A stretch of DNA of 64,000 nucleotides from Candidatus Eiseniibacteriota bacterium (lineage in GTDB: Bacteria; Eisenbacteria; RBG-16-71-46; CAIMUX01; VGJL01), in the NCBI GenBank assembly GCA_041946735.1, contig JBHGAY010000010.1:1-64000 (forward strand), in the 5' to 3' direction. The translations under genes were made by a program, and so were the position numbers. Below are positions 1-8,945 of this stretch, one piece after another. How positions within the stretch are numbered: the stretch's first letter is position 1; the number at the start of each line of letters is the position of its first letter. The notes under the pieces are model-generated. The model was not told the origin of the DNA, searched no databases, and saw nothing but the letters and a program-made list of their open reading frames with translations.

Positions 1-441
1 TTCTCCTGGCAGCCGTTCACGAACCTCATCGTGAACTTCTACAACCAGTCCTGCCCGCCCAACCAGGTCGCCGACTACTCCTACACGGTTCCCTATGCTG
101 ACCTCAACGCGACCCAGGTCTACGCGGGTAGCTGGTACGTCTACCAGTGCACCGCTCCGCTCACTCCGCCCGTCGTGCTCGGCTCGGCCATGTCGATCGG
201 TGGCATTGTCGACCTGAACTGGGGCCAGAACCCTCCGTACGCTGGCCTCGCGATCACCGATTACGTGTTCTACGGCTGTGAGCTGTACTGGGATGCCGAG
301 TACTGGGGATACTCCCGCTGGATTCCGGGCTCCCAGTACTTCGGTACGCAGGTCGACCTCGCGTACTGCCTCCAGACCGGCGTGCCTCCTATCGCGACGG
401 AGGAGTCGAGCTGGGGTCAGGTGAGGAGCCTGTTCCGCTAG
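1..441 (+). CDS. Secreted/surface protein, 5'-truncated by the window edge, ending in a 'PIATEESSWGQVRSLFR' tail
   Basis: Frame is open from base 1 (FSWQPFTNLIVNFY...) to TAG at 441. Composition is Tyr/Trp/Cys/Pro-rich and beta-strand-like. Two hairpins follow the stop. Confidence 0.8.
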   Translation, partial: FSWQPFTNLIVNFYNQSCPPNQVADYSYTVPYADLNATQVYAGSWYVYQCTAPLTPPVVLGSAMSIGGIVDLNWGQNPPYAGLAITDYVFYGCELYWDAEYWGYSRWIPGSQYFGTQVDLAYCLQTGVPPIATEESSWGQVRSLFR

Positions 442-459
442 TTCGAGCTTCCGACCAAT

Positions 460-530
460 CGCCGGCTTTCGAGCCGGCGTGAGGAGTGGGACGGCCGGCT
501 GGGTTTCGACCCCGCCGGCCGCCTCCTTCT
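460..530 (+). terminator. Twin TTCG-loop hairpins (terminator or 3' stabilising structures) between convergent genes
   Basis: CGCCGGCT-TTCG-AGCCGGCG at 460-479 and CGGCCGGC-T-GGGT-TTCG-ACCC-C-GCCGGCCG at 492-521, followed by CCTCCTTCT. Confidence 0.6.
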
Positions 531-578
531 GCGCCGAGGAGTTCGAGTCCTGAAGTCCTGAAGCGCCTGTTCGACGGA

Positions 579-1166
579 TCACAGCTTGTCCGCATCCTCG
601 CGAAGGGCGCGGTAGGCAGCGACCAGTCCGTCGATCTGATAATGGGCGTTCAGTCCGCTGGGGTTCGGGAGAACCCACAGCCGCGACCCTCCCAGCTTCT
701 CCTCCTGCAGTCCCACCTCCGCTCGCGCACGCTCGAACGCCTTGCGATAGGCGTCGACTCCGAGGATTGCGGCGATATGCGGCGCGAAGCGGACCGTCTT
801 GCGCTCGAGAACCTTCGCTCCGCGCCGCAGCTCGTCTCTGGTCAGCTCCGCCGCGGATGCAGTCGGGCGTGCGACGAGATTCGTGATCCCGCAACCGAAG
901 CGGAGTAGCTCGCGCTCCTCGGACGGCCGGAGAAGGCGATCAGTGAATCCCGCCTTCCAGAGGGATGGCCAGAACCGGTTGCCCGGCCGCGCGAAGTGAT
1001 GGCCCGCAGCCGCGGTGTAGAGCGACGGGTTGATGCCGCAGAAGAGCACGCGCAGGCCCGGAGCGATCACATCGGGCACCGTGCGCCCGGCAGCGGCCGC
1101 GGCTGCGAGGTCCGCTGCGGTCGGCCGCCGCTCGGACGGTTGCCTGGGGCTCGGTTCGCTTCTCAC
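579..1166 (-). CDS. mug: G/U mismatch-specific DNA glycosylase (UDG family 2)
   Basis: Motifs VLFCGINPS, GHHFARPGNRFW, GITNLV and LPNPSGLNAH. Confidence 0.93.
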   Translation of the reverse strand: MRSEPSPRQPSERRPTAADLAAAAAAGRTVPDVIAPGLRVLFCGINPSLYTAAAGHHFARPGNRFWPSLWKAGFTDRLLRPSEERELLRFGCGITNLVARPTASAAELTRDELRRGAKVLERKTVRFAPHIAAILGVDAYRKAFERARAEVGLQEEKLGGSRLWVLPNPSGLNAHYQIDGLVAAYRALREDADKL

Positions 1167-1175
1167 GCCGACAGT

Positions 1176-1209
1176 CTAGTGCAGCGTCCGTCCTCCTAGT
1201 GCAGCGTCC
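1176..1209. repeat. Perfect 14-bp direct repeat CTAGTGCAGCGTCC x2 with a 20-bp period
   Basis: Copies at 1176-1189 and 1196-1209, in the divergent intergenic region just upstream of mug. Confidence 0.85.
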
Positions 1210-1358
1210 ATCCGCGGTGGCGGTGGCTCTCTCCCTTCGATGCACTCCGCGTCGCTCTTTCCCTTCAACGGGCACCGTGGCAGGAGCGTCTAGACGTGCG
1301 AGCCGGGGGACGGTCCCGCCGGAAAGCGGGAAGGATGCGAACAACAGGAAGGTGCCCC

Positions 1359-4049
1359 ATGAAGCTTTGGATCGGGCCTCGCGCGAGAGCGAACGGGCAA
1401 ACGAGCGGTCGAGATCTCCTGGGGCGCGGGGCGGCGCATCGCTCCGATGCCGTTGCGCGGGCAATCCTCTTGTTGCTCGCGATCCTCGCCTTCCCCGCGG
1501 GGCGCGCGCTTGGATCGTTCGCCGCGTTCCTTCCACCATCCGATGCGGGAAGCGGCGCAGCGAGTCCCGCGCCACTGGCAAAGGGGGCGGTCCCGGCTGT
1601 CAACGCCTACCTGGTTCCACAGGGGAACGAGATCCGCCTCGACGGGCGGCTCGACGACGAGGCCTGGGAGCATGCGGAGTCCGCCTGCCGTTTCCGGATG
1701 TGGCATCCGGATCGGGGGACCGCTCCGTCCGAGACGACCGTGTTCAAGATCGCCTATGACCGCGAGGCCCTCTACTTCGGCGTCGCCTGCATGGAGAAGG
1801 ATCCGTCGAAGATCACGCAGCGCCTTTCGCGGCGCGATCGCGAATCGGGCTCCGACGAGGTCAGCATCTACCTCGATCCCTACTTCGACCAGATGACCGG
1901 CTACAGCTTCCAGGTGTCGCCGCTCGGCGTGCAGCGCGACAGCTACGTCTTCAACGACGGCGAGGAAGATCCCGACTGGGACGCGGTCTGGGAGGCGGAG
2001 ACGTTCGAGGACGCGGATGGCTGGTATGCGGAAGTGCGGGTTCCCTTCTCGTCGATCCGCTACCGGCCCGACAGCGGGACGTGGGGCCTGCAGGTCTTTC
2101 GCGTCATGCATGGCCGCGGAGAGCAGGACTCCTGGGTCACATGGGACCGGGAGACGCCCGGATTCGTCAGCCGCTTCGGGCACCTGGTCGGAGTGAGCGG
2201 GATTCCGGCTCCGCGACAGATCGAGGTCCTCCCGTACGCCGTGGGGCGCGTCACCGATCCATCGGCGCCCGGCCCAGAGAAGAGAGAGACGTTCGAAAAC
2301 TTCGGGGCGGACGTGAAGTTCGGGATCACGGCCGACCTGACGCTGAACGCGACGATCCAGCCCGACTTCGGACAGGTCGAGGCCGATCCTGCCGTGCTGA
2401 ATCTGTCTCCCTACGAGACCTTCTATGAGGAGAAGCGGCCGTTCTTCGTCGAGGGGAGCCGCTTCTTCCAGCACCCGGCGTTCCAGCTCTTCTACTCCCG
2501 GCGGATCGGAACCGGGAGCGAGAACTCCCGCATCCGCTATGCCGCCAAGCTGACCGGCAAGACTTCGCACGGGATCACGGTCGCCGGACTCGCGGCGGCC
2601 GCGGACGAGACCGATCCGGGGCGAGCGCACAACCTCTTCCGAGACGGCTCGCGGGGTTCGCGCTACCTGGTCGGCCGCATCGGCAAGGAGTTCGAAGGAG
2701 GGAAGGGCAGCATCCACTTCCTGCAGACCGCGGTCCAGCATGACGCGTCGCGCGAGCTCTACGGCGACCGCGCCTCGCGCGAGGCCTACACCTCCGGCAT
2801 CGACTGGAACCTCTTCCTGCACGATCGCGCATGGGCCCTGTCCGGTTCGGCAGTCGGGTCGATCCTCGATCCGGAGAAGATCGCCGGTACGGCGAAGGAG
2901 CCGGGGAACATCTATGGAACCGGGGGCAACCTGGTTTTCCAGAAGTCCGGCGGCGATTTCCGGGGATCGGTCTCCGGACGCTGGGAGAGCGACCATCTCG
3001 ATCTCAACGACATCGGCTACCTGAACGCCGCCGACGAGATGAACGCGGGACTCTGGCTGCAGTATCGTCTCCACCCGAAACAGGGGACGGGCCTCTTCAC
3101 GAACGGGAACCTGAACTACAACCTCAATGGCAGCTGGCTCTACGGATCGAGGACCGGCTACGACCTGGCGACCGGAGAGAAGGTCTGGCGCTACGGGAAG
3201 GGCCATCCGGGATTCCAGACCACCAACGTCAATGGCTGGGCGCAACTCCGCTCCTTCGCCGAGGTCTGGTTCGGCCTGCAGTACAACCGCTGGGGGACGC
3301 AGCGCTACGAGACACGCAACACGGTGCTCACGAAGGACGGGCGGCGTGTCGCGATCGCCGGCGGAGGACCTCTGCTGGGAGAGCCGGCGACCTATGGCGG
3401 CTGGCTCGGCGCGAGTTCCGATACCCGCAGGCGCCTCGTCGGGAGCCTGGAGGGGAACTACTACTACGACGTGGCGCACAATATCCAGAACACGCTGACC
3501 GGCACGGCGACATGGAATCAGACGAGCGCGCTGCATCATCAGCTCTCCGCGCAGTACTCCTACCGGCGGGACGACACCCAGCACATCGACAACTTCGAGA
3601 ACCCAGGCGGCGGGATCGGCGGCGTGAGCTATGTGTTCGGGATGATCCGCCAGCAGACGCTCGACCTGACGTTGCGGACGAGCCTGCTGTTCGACCGCCG
3701 CCAGTCGCTCGAGATCTATGCGCAGCCCTTTCTGACATCGGGGCGATTCTCGATGCCGCGGGAACTGGCTCGAGCGGACAGCTATCACCTCGTCCCCTAC
3801 CAAGCGGAAGGCTTCGACGTCTCCAACAGCGACTTCCGCTACGCCTCGGTCAACCTCAATGCGGTTTACCGCTGGGAGTACCGTCCGGGCAGCGCCCTCT
3901 TCCTCGTCTGGACCCATTCGCGGGCGAGCTATGAGGAGCGGGCCTTCGCGGGCGAGAACTTCGATACCCGGCTCGCCGGGGATGCCCTGTTCCGCAACGA
4001 GCCCGAGAACCTCTTTCTGGCCAAGATCACCTACTGGTTCTCCATCTAG
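1359..4049 (+). CDS. CBM9-like / DUF5916 outer-membrane protein
   Basis: N-terminal IRLDGRLDDEAW..YDREALYF..DPDWDAVW..GWYAEVRVPFSSIRY (CBM9/DOMON-like). TIQPDFGQVEAD..NLSPYETFYEEKRPFF..LFYSRRIG is typical of DUF5916. C-terminus LAKITYWFSI is barrel-like. Start uncertain (ATG 1359 after AGGAAGG). Confidence 0.85.
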   Translation: MKLWIGPRARANGQTSGRDLLGRGAAHRSDAVARAILLLLAILAFPAGRALGSFAAFLPPSDAGSGAASPAPLAKGAVPAVNAYLVPQGNEIRLDGRLDDEAWEHAESACRFRMWHPDRGTAPSETTVFKIAYDREALYFGVACMEKDPSKITQRLSRRDRESGSDEVSIYLDPYFDQMTGYSFQVSPLGVQRDSYVFNDGEEDPDWDAVWEAETFEDADGWYAEVRVPFSSIRYRPDSGTWGLQVFRVMHGRGEQDSWVTWDRETPGFVSRFGHLVGVSGIPAPRQIEVLPYAVGRVTDPSAPGPEKRETFENFGADVKFGITADLTLNATIQPDFGQVEADPAVLNLSPYETFYEEKRPFFVEGSRFFQHPAFQLFYSRRIGTGSENSRIRYAAKLTGKTSHGITVAGLAAAADETDPGRAHNLFRDGSRGSRYLVGRIGKEFEGGKGSIHFLQTAVQHDASRELYGDRASREAYTSGIDWNLFLHDRAWALSGSAVGSILDPEKIAGTAKEPGNIYGTGGNLVFQKSGGDFRGSVSGRWESDHLDLNDIGYLNAADEMNAGLWLQYRLHPKQGTGLFTNGNLNYNLNGSWLYGSRTGYDLATGEKVWRYGKGHPGFQTTNVNGWAQLRSFAEVWFGLQYNRWGTQRYETRNTVLTKDGRRVAIAGGGPLLGEPATYGGWLGASSDTRRRLVGSLEGNYYYDVAHNIQNTLTGTATWNQTSALHHQLSAQYSYRRDDTQHIDNFENPGGGIGGVSYVFGMIRQQTLDLTLRTSLLFDRRQSLEIYAQPFLTSGRFSMPRELARADSYHLVPYQAEGFDVSNSDFRYASVNLNAVYRWEYRPGSALFLVWTHSRASYEERAFAGENFDTRLAGDALFRNEPENLFLAKITYWFSI

Positions 4050-4101
4050 CGCGGGCTGGGGGATGGACGGAGCGAGGAGAATGCGCCATGGATACCCGCC
4101 G

Positions 4102-4191
4102 CCAGTCCGCTTGGCCTCCCCGGTACGCCTGGCCTGCCCGGTACGCCTGGCCTGCCCGATCCGCCCGGCCTTTCCGGCCCGCCCGGCCTGC
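4102..4191. repeat. Five degenerate 18-bp tandem repeats (consensus CCGGTACGCCTGGCCTGC)
   Basis: Units start at 4102, 4120, 4138, 4156 and 4174. The second and third are identical. Confidence 0.85.
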
Positions 4192-4238
4192 CCTGCCTGC
4201 CCTTTCGATCAAGGGATTCCTGGGCTACCTTTTCGCCT

Positions 4239-4264
4239 TGAACGAAACGACCCCGCGGTCCGTC
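4239..4264 (+). promoter_or_regulatory. Putative autoregulatory ECF-sigma promoter, TGAAC-N17-CGTC
   Basis: Matches the general ECF pattern (-35 AAC, -10 CGT) and lies 40 nt upstream of the ECF sigma gene. Confidence 0.6.
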
Positions 4265-4304
4265 TCAGCTTCCGTGGGGAGCGCAGTCCCCGGGAGGTCC
4301 TGTC

Positions 4305-4877
4305 TTGGAGTCGATGACCGACGAGCAACTGGTGGTCCTGACCCAACAGGGCAACTCCCACGCCTTCAACAGCCTCACAGCTCGTTGGCAAGACAGCGTT
4401 TACCGGTTCGCTTACCGCAATCTCGGGAATCCGGAAGACGCGAGGGACGTCTGCCAGGAGGCCTTGCTGAAGGCCTACCAGAACATCGAGCGACTGCGGG
4501 AAGGGGCGAAGTTCCGCGCCTGGGTGCACCACATTGCCCTGAACCTCTGCCGGGATCGCTACCGCTCCGCCGCCGGGCGCACGGAGACCCTCCCCTACGA
4601 GGAGGAAGGGATCGAGTCGTTCCGGCTGGGAGCGGGAGGCCGGGAGGACGGGGCGGCCAGCCGGGCGGACCGAGCCGGTCTGTTCCACGCGATCGAGAAC
4701 GCGCTGCATGCGCTGCCGATCGAGCAGCGCTCGGCCATTCTTCTCCGCGAGTACCACGGATTCACGTCGGAGGAGATCGCCGATATCACCGGGGTGCCGT
4801 CGGCGACGGTGCGGTCCCGAATCTTCTATGGGCTGAAAGGGATTCGCAAGCGCCTGCGGGAACGAGGAGTCGAGTGA
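4305..4877 (+). CDS. ECF RNA polymerase sigma-70 factor
   Basis: DARDVCQEALLKAY, KFRAWVHHIALNLCRD and LPIEQRSAILLREYHGFTSEEIADITGVPSATVRSRI. GGAGGT precedes TTG 4305; alternative ATG at 4314. Confidence 0.95.
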   Translation: MESMTDEQLVVLTQQGNSHAFNSLTARWQDSVYRFAYRNLGNPEDARDVCQEALLKAYQNIERLREGAKFRAWVHHIALNLCRDRYRSAAGRTETLPYEEEGIESFRLGAGGREDGAASRADRAGLFHAIENALHALPIEQRSAILLREYHGFTSEEIADITGVPSATVRSRIFYGLKGIRKRLRERGVE

Positions 4878-4938
4878 GCATGCCACGGCACGACTCCCGG
4901 CCGGCATCGCGGCCGGGATCCGAGAGGGAGCGATAGAG

Positions 4939-5838
4939 ATGGACAGGAACAGAGAAGAGCAGAAGAGACCGCCGGGAAGCCCCCTCGACCCTCGGTGGGA
5001 GAAGCTCGTCGCGCTGCTCTACGGAGAGCTTCCGCCCGAGGAGGAGCAGTCGCTCCGGATGGAGATCGAGAGCGATGCCGCGCTGCGCGCCGAGTGGGAG
5101 GAGATCTCGGGCGCTCGCAGCCTCCTTCAGAGCTGGGAGGTGCCGGAGACGGCAAAGGAGCCGAGCTTCGTGTTCGTGACACCCGAGCCGGCCCGGCGGC
5201 GGAATGGCTCGGCGCGATCGGCCGCTACCGGATGGCGCGAGCGGCTGTCCCGTCTCCTTCCTTCCGCACCCTGGGCCATCGCTGCGACGGCGACGGCCGT
5301 GATGCTCCTCGCGGTGAGCGGAGCGAGGATCGATCGGTATGACGGCGGCTTCGCGCTCCGCTTCGGCGCGCGCCCGCAGGCGGTCCCGACGATGGCGGAG
5401 AGCGCCCAGCCTTCGGCAGGCGCCACGCCCGCCTCGATGCCGTTCGTGCTCCCCGCATCGGGGACGCTCGGGGCGCTGGGAACGAACCCGGTGCAGACCG
5501 TCCGAGGAGACGATTCCCGTTACGTGACGAAGGAGGCGTTCGACAGCTATTCCCAGGGGATGACCCGCACTCTGGTCGCGTTGCTCAACGAGTACACGCT
5601 CCAGCGGGACCGTGAGATGGGCCAGGTCCTCCGGGTGGGGTTCGACGGCTTCTCGCAGAAGCAGTCGACTGACTACGAGGATCTGAGGCAGCGTCTCGAA
5701 GATCTGCGGGTCGCCTTCGCGCAGCAGCAGCTCCAGACGGACACGCAGCTCGAGTATCTCATGCAACACACGGAGCAGGAGGCCCTGCAGCCGGAAAAGG
5801 GAACCCCTCTGGAGGGTTCGGAAGGAGTCGGAAAGTGA
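4939..5838 (+). CDS. Membrane-anchored anti-sigma factor (ASD-like N-terminus lacking zinc ligands)
   Basis: Directly follows the ECF sigma. LVALLYGELPPEE..RAEWEEI anti-sigma-domain pattern, one TM segment (PWAIAATATAVMLLAV) and a helical C-terminal region. Confidence 0.8.
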   Translation: MDRNREEQKRPPGSPLDPRWEKLVALLYGELPPEEEQSLRMEIESDAALRAEWEEISGARSLLQSWEVPETAKEPSFVFVTPEPARRRNGSARSAATGWRERLSRLLPSAPWAIAATATAVMLLAVSGARIDRYDGGFALRFGARPQAVPTMAESAQPSAGATPASMPFVLPASGTLGALGTNPVQTVRGDDSRYVTKEAFDSYSQGMTRTLVALLNEYTLQRDREMGQVLRVGFDGFSQKQSTDYEDLRQRLEDLRVAFAQQQLQTDTQLEYLMQHTEQEALQPEKGTPLEGSEGVGK

Positions 5839-6596
5839 TGAGTCACGCGCCGCGCCATCGAAATGCGAATCGGATGCCGATCCTCCGGGCTGTCGCCTTG
5901 GCGCTGCTCGCCGCGATCGCCGGAGCGCTCGCCGCCGTCGCCGCCGGAGCGGCGCCGGGATCAAGCGATCCCCGGCCCGAGAAGATGCTCCGGCAGATCG
6001 GAGTGATGGAGAAGATCATCGACAAGGTGCTCCTCGAGAGTCCGAACTTCCTCGTGAGCCGGGGCGACAACGCGCGTGGGCTCTACCTGGACAGCTTCGG
6101 CGCGGTCTTCACCTTCGACGCTTCGATGACCACTCCGCGCTTCGCCCTCGAGAACTACTTCCAGAACCTCGGAGAGCGCTTCGAAGTCTCGACCGACGAC
6201 AGCGGCGGGACCGTCATCCGGATCAAGACGAGAGAGCTGGAGAAGGACGCGAAAGAGCTCGAGGCGAAGGCGAAGGACCTGGAGATGCAGGCCAAGAAGG
6301 CGGAGGCGAAAGCACGCGCCATGGCTGAGGATGCCGAGGGCGCGAAGGGCGTCGTCTACGAGAACGCGAAGGCTGAGCTGGTGCAGGTCCTCCTCGACTA
6401 TGGCGACACGATGACCGCCCTGCGGGCCGGTCAGACGCTGCTGGTCGCCGCGTTCTTCCAGGGAGCGGGACCGTTCGAGGAGAAGCGCCCCACGCACCTC
6501 GTCGTCAGCGCGAAGATCGACGACCTCCGCGCCTACTCGGACAGGGAGATCACCGAGGAGGAGGCGCGCTCGCGGATCAAGATCGACGAGTACTAG
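5835..6596 (+). CDS. Exported hypothetical protein with a central coiled coil
   Basis: GTGA overlap with the anti-sigma stop. Hydrophobic signal-like N-terminus. ELEKDAKELEAKAKDLEMQAKKAEAKARA heptads. Confidence 0.75.
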   Translation: MMSHAPRHRNANRMPILRAVALALLAAIAGALAAVAAGAAPGSSDPRPEKMLRQIGVMEKIIDKVLLESPNFLVSRGDNARGLYLDSFGAVFTFDASMTTPRFALENYFQNLGERFEVSTDDSGGTVIRIKTRELEKDAKELEAKAKDLEMQAKKAEAKARAMAEDAEGAKGVVYENAKAELVQVLLDYGDTMTALRAGQTLLVAAFFQGAGPFEEKRPTHLVVSAKIDDLRAYSDREITEEEARSRIKIDEY

Positions 6597-6824
6597 ATCG
6601 TCCTTTCCGAAGGGCGGGGGTCTGCGAGTCGCCGTCGCGCCGGGGTCCGATCGACGGCCTCATCGAGCTCCCGCCCGATCTGCGTCCTCCGCTGCTGCTT
6701 CGTGCCCATCTCGCGTCCGGCTGCTCCTCCGCGATCCAGCCTTGTCCCCCGTCGTGCTGGCGTTGGCCCGTCCTGCCGTGGCACCATCGCCGGCAGCGAA
6801 GGCTGGATGTCTTGGTAGGAGGGT

Positions 6825-7658
6825 ATGGTGGGACGAGATCCGAGAGAGGAGCGGAAGCGGGGGGCGCCGAGCGCAGCGGAGGCGCCGGGGCGCGCGATGG
6901 CCGAGCTGTTCGACCTGCTTGCCCCGGCCTACGAGATCATCGCCTCGGATGCCCGGATACGGACGGAGATCGATGCTCTCGAGCCGCAGCTCCGGGCCCT
7001 CGGAATCGGGACGCTGCTCGACGCCGGCTGCGCGGTTGGCGGGCACAGCCGGGAGCTGGCGCGGCGAGGGTTTTCGGTGGCTGGCATCGACCGGTCGGCG
7101 GCGATGATCGCCGAAGCCCGAAAGAGGACCGGCCGCTCGAAGCTCGGGATCCGCTTCGTCCAAGCGGACCTCACGGACGCTGCCCGGATCGCGGGCGCTC
7201 CATTCGATGCGATCCTATGCCTCGGGAACACGATCGGCTCGCTGAGGACGGAGCAGGAGCGCCGCGCCGTCCTGCGAAGCTTCTGCGCCGGCCTACGTCC
7301 GGGTGGCTTGCTCGTCCTGCAAATGCGAGACCTTTCCGCGGTCCGCGACAAGGGGCATGTCTTCCCCGTCCGCTCCGCGCGCAAGGGACGGAGCGAATGG
7401 ATCCTGCTGAGGGAACAAGAGCCGGCCGGCGGGAAGATCGTCTTTCGCACGACACTCCTCCATCGGCGTTCCGTGCGGGAGGAGTGGCAGGCGTTCCGCT
7501 CCTCCTCGGTGCTGCGGATCGTCCCTGCGAAGGGCTGGATCGAGCAGCTTCGCCAGGCGGGATTCGTGCGGGTGCGAGCGGCGTCCGATCTCCATGGGAC
7601 TCCGCGTGCGAGGACGGGAGGAGCGGATCTCGTCCTGTTCGCGAGGGCCGGCGCTTGA
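6825..7658 (+). CDS. Class I SAM-dependent methyltransferase
   Basis: LLDAGCAVGGH, AGIDRSAAMI, FVQADL, FDAILCLGNT and LRPGGLLV. Start may be ATG 6897. Confidence 0.9.
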   Translation: MVGRDPREERKRGAPSAAEAPGRAMAELFDLLAPAYEIIASDARIRTEIDALEPQLRALGIGTLLDAGCAVGGHSRELARRGFSVAGIDRSAAMIAEARKRTGRSKLGIRFVQADLTDAARIAGAPFDAILCLGNTIGSLRTEQERRAVLRSFCAGLRPGGLLVLQMRDLSAVRDKGHVFPVRSARKGRSEWILLREQEPAGGKIVFRTTLLHRRSVREEWQAFRSSSVLRIVPAKGWIEQLRQAGFVRVRAASDLHGTPRARTGGADLVLFARAGA

Positions 7659-7833
7659 CTTCGATCGGACGGTGAATCGTCTGCCTCCTCGCCCTCCTGC
7701 CGCGCGACCCGTTACTCTCCTTCGTTCTCGAGACCGAGCGGCCGGGCGAACGACCGGCGGGTCCGCGACCCGTCCGCCCGCGCTCGTCTCGTCGAGTCCG
7801 ACCGGGTCGCTCGACAGGAGGAGGTCCGTTGCG

Positions 7834-8631
7834 ATGAAGGGGAGATTCGTTCTGCTGCTCGCCGCGCTCGCAGGCGCCGCTTCGGGGATTGTCGCCACCG
7901 TCTCGCACGGGGCGATCCACACGGAGACGGTCGAGTATCGACAGGGCGACACGGCCCTGGAGGGATACCTCGCTTACGACGACGCGAAGACCGGCAAGAG
8001 GCCGGGCATCCTGGTGGTCCACGATTGGCTCGGAGTGGGCCCGTACGTGAAGCATCGTTGCGAAATGCTCGCGCAGCTCGGGTACGCCGCCTTCGCGCCC
8101 GACATCTACGGAAAAGGGATCCGCCCGAAGGGTCCGGAAGACGCGGCAAAAGTGGCGGGCATCTACGCGGGGGATCGGGACCTGATGCGGGCGCGCGCGA
8201 AGGCGGGGCTCGAGAAGATGGAGAGCTTCGATGTCGTGGACCCGAGCCGGGTCGCTGCGATCGGGTACTGCTTCGGCGGGGGAGTCGCTCTCGAGTTGGC
8301 TCGGTCCGGCGCGGATCTCGACGGGGTGGTGACCTTCCACGGAACTCTCGACACGCCGCGCCCGGCGAAGCCGGGGGAGATCAAGGCGAAGGTCCTCGTC
8401 CTGCATGGCGCGGACGATCCCTACGTGCCCCTCGACCAGGTTCACAAACTGATCGATGAGCTGAAAGGCGCGAATGTGGACTGGGAAGTGAACCTCTATT
8501 CCCACGCGGTGCACAGCTTCACGATACCGGACGCCGGCAACGATCCCTCGAAGGGGGCGGCATACGATGAAGAGGCGGATCATCGTTCGTGGGAGGCGAT
8601 GCGGTCGTTCTTCGGCGAGATCTTTCCCTAG
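7834..8631 (+). CDS. Secreted dienelactone hydrolase family protein
   Basis: AGGAGGAGG then ATG 7834. Signal peptide. GYCFGG nucleophile elbow, HGADD and AVHSF triad motifs. Confidence 0.92.
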   Translation: MKGRFVLLLAALAGAASGIVATVSHGAIHTETVEYRQGDTALEGYLAYDDAKTGKRPGILVVHDWLGVGPYVKHRCEMLAQLGYAAFAPDIYGKGIRPKGPEDAAKVAGIYAGDRDLMRARAKAGLEKMESFDVVDPSRVAAIGYCFGGGVALELARSGADLDGVVTFHGTLDTPRPAKPGEIKAKVLVLHGADDPYVPLDQVHKLIDELKGANVDWEVNLYSHAVHSFTIPDAGNDPSKGAAYDEEADHRSWEAMRSFFGEIFP

Positions 8632-8858
8632 AATCGGGAGAATCGGGAGGATTCCGGCGCCAGCCAGCCGTTCTCGCGAACGAAGCTCAGCATGCGCAAG
8701 CGGGAGGATCGACTCCCGCGCGAATCGATGAAGTCCGTGAGCCTCCTCTCCTTCGTTACGAACGGATGAAATCCGGTGGAGAGATGCTGGCCCTGCCTAT
8801 AGTCGGAATTGGCGACCCAGTCGGAGTCTCGAGCGATCTGAGACAGAGTCGGCGCCAT
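8628..8858 (-). CDS. Candidate 76-aa small protein divergent from glgX
   Basis: GGAGGAG-AGC-ATG. Fills the intergenic gap and shares a CTAG stop overlap with the hydrolase gene. No recognisable motif. Confidence 0.4.
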   Translation of the reverse strand: MAPTLSQIARDSDWVANSDYRQGQHLSTGFHPFVTKERRLTDFIDSRGSRSSRLRMLSFVRENGWLAPESSRFSRF

Positions 8859-8945
8859 GCTCTCCTCCGAGTCGACAGGCGCGGCGGCCTTCGCATGGCG
8901 TGCGCCGCCCCAGGATCCGACGGAACGTAACCCGGGAGGGTCTCA

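Noticed and set aside
4102..4191. Repeat arrays (also 24342-24393 and 34054-34184) as CRISPR
   Set aside because: The units are contiguous with no unique spacers, are too short, and no cas genes are present.
4088..4936. 282-aa ORF with a GAGGAG-spaced ATG that spans the repeat array and the sigma gene
   Set aside because: It overlaps the clear ECF sigma gene out of frame and has no recognisable content.
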